From the IMG/VR virus record IMGVR_UViG_3300045988_064955: a stretch of DNA of 41,549 bases; one strand, given 5' to 3'. The translations under genes were made by a program, and so were the position numbers. Below are positions 38,708-41,549 of the stretch, one piece after another. The notes under the pieces are model-generated. The model saw only the letters and a list, made by a program, of their open reading frames with translations, did no database searches and was not told the DNA's origin. The stretch comes from a virus. Every line of letters starts with the position of its first letter. Position 1 is the stretch's first letter.

Positions 38708-40006
38708 TTACCTAATATACAGGCTTTCGCCAGGGTAGATCAGGCTGTAGATTGACTTGCCATTGTTGGCTGCCAGTGTGTACATACTGATGCCATACTT
38801 TCTGGCAATGCCCCAGAAGCTGTCACCAGAGCGTACCGTGTAATACGTGTGGCTTGCTACGCTTGAATAGCTTGTGCCAGATACTCGGATAACATCGCCT
38901 GGGTGAATTACACTGTTAATCGTCTTACCATTGTTAGAAGCCAAAGTATACATGCTCATGCCGTATTTGTAGGCGATCCACCACCAACTGTCACCAGACT
39001 GAACCGTGTATGACGAGCCAGAGCTTACTGATGGCACACCGGTCGTTGTCAGCAACTCAACATTGCTACGATTGATCCAGCTCATGATGCCACCAAGCAA
39101 TACGTTAGATCCAGATACTTGCTGCACGGTGTACGTCTTGCCCTGAACCCAGCTAGGCATTCCGACACCGTTCGCCCAACGGGTTGTGCCGAAGTTTACC
39201 TTAACACTATCGCCAACTTTGATCTGGCTAAGCGTGGTGTTATTAGCTTGCTGGCCTGCGTTGGTTGCCGGTGTATCAGTTGATGGCTTGACGTAGGTCT
39301 TGCCGCTGTCAGTTGTCGTGCTACCGTTGTAGCCTGAATCAGTGATGCCAGTTAGATCAACGTTGCCATCAAGGCCGCCAGCGCGATAGGTGGAAGTGAA
39401 CTGGAAGATACCTACATTATCAAAACTCGGGAAGTAGCCATAATTCGGAACAGTAGTGACATTGTAATCAGGATATTCCGCAAGCCATAGCTGGTAGCGA
39501 CTGGCAATCTGTGACAAGTCAATGTGACTCATCAAGAAGCTCTTATAGCCGTACAGCATTGGCGTGTAACCAGCATCACGGATATAGTCGAGTGCCCACA
39601 GCAAAGTTGCCGTATTTGTTGAACCGGCCTCGTAATCAAGCGCAACAATCGACCCTTTTGGTGTTTGAATCTCTGGCAAGAAATGATCTAGTACTTGCTT
39701 GGCAAAATTGGTGTTGTCGATATTCTGCCACCAGATATAGGTGTGTGCTCGCTTGCCAGCGGCAATCAACGATGCAACCTGTGTCTTATACGTGGTTTGC
39801 TCGTACGTGCCGTAGCCGCTATAGCCACCGATTTGAGAGATGCCGAACTTGTCAGTGGAGTAACCAAAGACACCGTTATCTCCTTGGTACCGGCTCCAGT
39901 CGACACCTTGATCTCCCTTAGCCGCATTGACCTGCGATGGCAGGGCAAAAGAAATAGCCGCCAAGAAGGCGACTACCAAAGTGATTAGTTTAGTTTTCAA
40001 TTTCAT
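38708..40006 (-). CDS. Endolysin: signal peptide + GH25 muramidase + SH3b-like + 2x LysM
   Basis: The ATG at 40006 follows AAGGAGG. MKLKTKLITLVVAFLAAISFALPSQVNA|AK is a Sec-type signal peptide. GVDWSRYQG..ALDYE resembles GH25. There are two C-terminal LysM repeats (YTVQSGDSWWWIAYKYG.., YTVRSGDSFWGIARKYG..). Confidence 0.88.
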   Translation of the reverse strand: MKLKTKLITLVVAFLAAISFALPSQVNAAKGDQGVDWSRYQGDNGVFGYSTDKFGISQIGGYSGYGTYEQTTYKTQVASLIAAGKRAHTYIWWQNIDNTNFAKQVLDHFLPEIQTPKGSIVALDYEAGSTNTATLLWALDYIRDAGYTPMLYGYKSFLMSHIDLSQIASRYQLWLAEYPDYNVTTVPNYGYFPSFDNVGIFQFTSTYRAGGLDGNVDLTGITDSGYNGSTTTDSGKTYVKPSTDTPATNAGQQANNTTLSQIKVGDSVKVNFGTTRWANGVGMPSWVQGKTYTVQQVSGSNVLLGGIMSWINRSNVELLTTTGVPSVSSGSSYTVQSGDSWWWIAYKYGMSMYTLASNNGKTINSVIHPGDVIRVSGTSYSSVASHTYYTVRSGDSFWGIARKYGISMYTLAANNGKSIYSLIYPGESLYIR

Positions 40007-40016
40007 GGTGCCCTCC

Positions 40017-40469
40017 TTATTGCTGTGGAGCAACAGATGATGGTGCCAGCTGAGCCTTAACTGCATCTGCGGCCGCCTGAGCTGCGGCAGCTACCTTGTC
40101 TTGATTAGATGCTTCCTGATCAACCGTCTTTTGTGGATAGGTTTCTGCTAGGCTGTCTTTCAAGTCCGCAAAAGCTTTCTCAACTGCGTTGGCAATTGTC
40201 TGCTCGTCTGTGCTGGTGAAACCAAGCGACTTCAAACCATCTTTAACTGCTTGAATGGCAGTAGATTTCTTAACCGCACCGTCAATCGCCTGTGTCACAC
40301 CAAGCTGTTCTGCCGCTGTTACCGCAGCATTTGCTAATGGGCCTAATACCTTTACCAAAGTTAGCGCTTGCTTGTTAGCCAGCAACTGTTTTGAGATCCA
40401 AGCCCCAATGATTGGGACTGCCGCTACTGCAAGTGATACCAAAAGTTCTGTCCAATTATTCATCATCAT
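40017..40469 (-). CDS. Holin, LL-H family
   Basis: A single N-terminal TM (WTELLVSLAVAAVPIIGAWI) and a long Ala-rich hydrophilic tail. It lies immediately upstream of the endolysin. Confidence 0.75.
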   Translation of the reverse strand: MMMNNWTELLVSLAVAAVPIIGAWISKQLLANKQALTLVKVLGPLANAAVTAAEQLGVTQAIDGAVKKSTAIQAVKDGLKSLGFTSTDEQTIANAVEKAFADLKDSLAETYPQKTVDQEASNQDKVAAAAQAAADAVKAQLAPSSVAPQQ

Positions 40470-40764
40470 TATCTCCTTTAATGCCTACATGGTCTTCCAA
40501 TCGAGTAATCCTAACCGAGTGACTCCCAAGCTCTTCATCATGTGTTTTCAGATGAGTATTCAAGTCTGCCAGCGACTGTTCGTGCAGTTTTAGCTGACGA
40601 TTAATTGTCTCTGAAAGCACTTGAATATCAGAGCGTAATGGATCTAAGGCAATCTTTTTGAACAGCCAGCTGCCCGCACTTACTCCCACCCCTATGATTG
40701 ATATAACCTCTGCCCAGTCACCAATCGTGTATCCAAAAAATGTCACTTTCTCACTTCCTTCCAT
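40456..40764 (-). CDS. Lysis-cassette membrane protein (N-terminal TM + coiled coil)
   Basis: TM WAEVISIIGVGVSAGSWLF followed by heptad-rich ..LSETINRQLKLHEQSLADLNTHLKTHDEEL. Confidence 0.6.
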   Translation of the reverse strand: MEGSEKVTFFGYTIGDWAEVISIIGVGVSAGSWLFKKIALDPLRSDIQVLSETINRQLKLHEQSLADLNTHLKTHDEELGSHSVRITRLEDHVGIKGDNDDE

Positions 40765-40775
40765 AAAAATAGCCG

Positions 40776-40907
40776 CTAGCTTTTGCTGGCGACATAGTTA
40801 CTGCCTGTGATTTGTTTGTATTGATCTGGGGTGATCATTACCGGTACATAAGGTGTTAAATCAATCCCCCAACTGTAAAGTAGTGCACACTGATCATAAT
40901 TAGTCAC
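40776..40907 (-). CDS. XkdX-like small protein (43 aa, GTG start)
   Basis: Hand translation gives (M)TNYDQCALLYSWGIDLTPYVPVMITPDQYKQITGSNYVASKS. The ITxxQYKxITG motif is typical of XkdX-like proteins. Below the track threshold. Confidence 0.45.
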   Translation of the reverse strand: MTNYDQCALLYSWGIDLTPYVPVMITPDQYKQITGSNYVASKS

Positions 40908-41223
40908 TTGATTTCGCCGCCTTCAGCTGTGCTACTTCAAGAGTTAAATTTGCGAGTAGCTTCTGTTCTGCGGTCGGTGTCACTTGATTAGCCGCTTTGT
41001 CTAATGCTGCTTGTTTATCGGTATCTATGACAACAGTACCGTCATCAGCCAACTTTGAGGCGCCAATGGCAATCTTTTTCAGCTCTTCAGGAGCGATCAT
41101 GATGGCTTTCTCATCATCAAACGGCGTTTGCCACTGAGTGCCGTCCCAAAATTCCTGCTGGTAGCCAGTGATATAGCCATCTTCATCAGTGCTAAAAATG
41201 GCTTTTACTTTGTCAACTTCCAT
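40900..41223 (-). CDS. Hypothetical protein at the tail-fibre / lysis junction
   Basis: 107 aa with RBS AGGAGG and a C-terminal coiled coil. Confidence 0.55.
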   Translation of the reverse strand: MEVDKVKAIFSTDEDGYITGYQQEFWDGTQWQTPFDDEKAIMIAPEELKKIAIGASKLADDGTVVIDTDKQAALDKAANQVTPTAEQKLLANLTLEVAQLKAAKSSD

Positions 41224-41232
41224 AGCAACCTC

Positions 41233-41549
41233 CTAAACTGCGTATACCTCAGTCATAACCGCTTTAGCTGGATATCCTGTTGCGTTTTCATCATTGCCAA
41301 CAATATTCCTATCGTCATAAAACAAAAGTTTGTAGGTTGTACCAACTTCATTCATTGTGAGGGTTACCCGCAAATAGTTAGCCCCAGTTGTGTTGTATAC
41401 CAGTGCAGCCTTTGGTATGAGAGTGAAGGCATAGTTGTTATGCGTTGGCACGCCATTTTGAAAATAACTCCAAGCAATGAGCCAGCCGGTTAGTGTTTGA
41501 GACAGTGGAACCGACATTGTCGCAACGTCTCCATTCTCGGGCATCATAG
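41233..41549 (-). CDS. C-terminal end of the Tal-like protein that starts at 2310 (wraps the circle)
   Basis: The frame is continuous with 1..2310 through the 119-bp repeat. The track's Met at 41547 is internal (..WQGAMMPENG..). Confidence 0.85.
   Translation of the reverse strand, partial: MMPENGDVATMSVPLSQTLTGWLIAWSYFQNGVPTHNNYAFTLIPKAALVYNTTGANYLRVTLTMNEVGTTYKLLFYDDRNIVGNDENATGYPAKAVMTEVYAV
41431..41549. repeat. Terminal direct repeat, copy 2 of 2
   Basis: Identical to 1..119. Confidence 0.95.

Overview
The window is a complete, circularly closed genome of a temperate cos-type siphovirus. It holds 41,430 bp of unique sequence, and bases 1..119 recur exactly at 41431..41549.

Several traits resemble the A2 / J-1 / PL-1-like phages of the Lacticaseibacillus casei group:
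- identical CCCAAAA -1 frameshift sites at the 3' ends of both the major capsid and major tail genes, each appending an Ig-like Big_2 domain
- an LL-H-type holin
- a 640-aa 'evolved' Dit
- a Tal with collagen-like runs

This host assignment is inference from memory of those phages, not a search result.

Nearly all genes lie on the - strand. Read in the direction of - strand transcription, the order is:
- cro-like / Rha early genes (35233 down to 33400)
- recombination and replication module: Gp157, ERF, HNHc-like nuclease, SSB, initiator with internal iterons, DnaB-like helicase (33399 down to 28293)
- accessory genes: DUF1064, orphan DNA methyltransferase, DUF1642-like, YopX (28291 down to 23910)
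- ArpU-type late regulator, a tRNA-like fragment and an orphan 286-aa gene (23489 down to 21889)
- HTH-metallophosphoesterase, homing HNH, NrdH-like redoxin and an HNH/P-loop fusion (21348 down to 17994)
- cos region, TerS, TerL, portal, protease, capsid, connectors, tail, TMP, Dit and Tal (17993 down to 1, wrapping to 41233)
- lysis cassette (41223 down to 38490)

The + strand carries the lysogeny module: an S24-type CI repressor, a membrane Sie candidate and a tyrosine integrase (35395..38105), followed by the attP region.

Main observations:
1. Two arrays of four back-to-back + strand units (promoter, structured short RNA, intrinsic terminator) lie at 21343..21818 and 23496..23833. They are antisense to the lytic genes and bracket the ArpU / tRNA-like / ORF286 segment.
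2. The 2.3 kb with no ORF in the supplied track is one uninterrupted Tal-like gene that crosses the circular junction.
3. Three -1 frameshift sites lie in the virion module.
4. Two accessory cassettes are flanked by duplicated gene-junction sequences.
5. One gene carries an in-frame TAA at codon 7.

No homology search, RNA folding or tRNA scan could be run. All family names come from motif recognition by eye.
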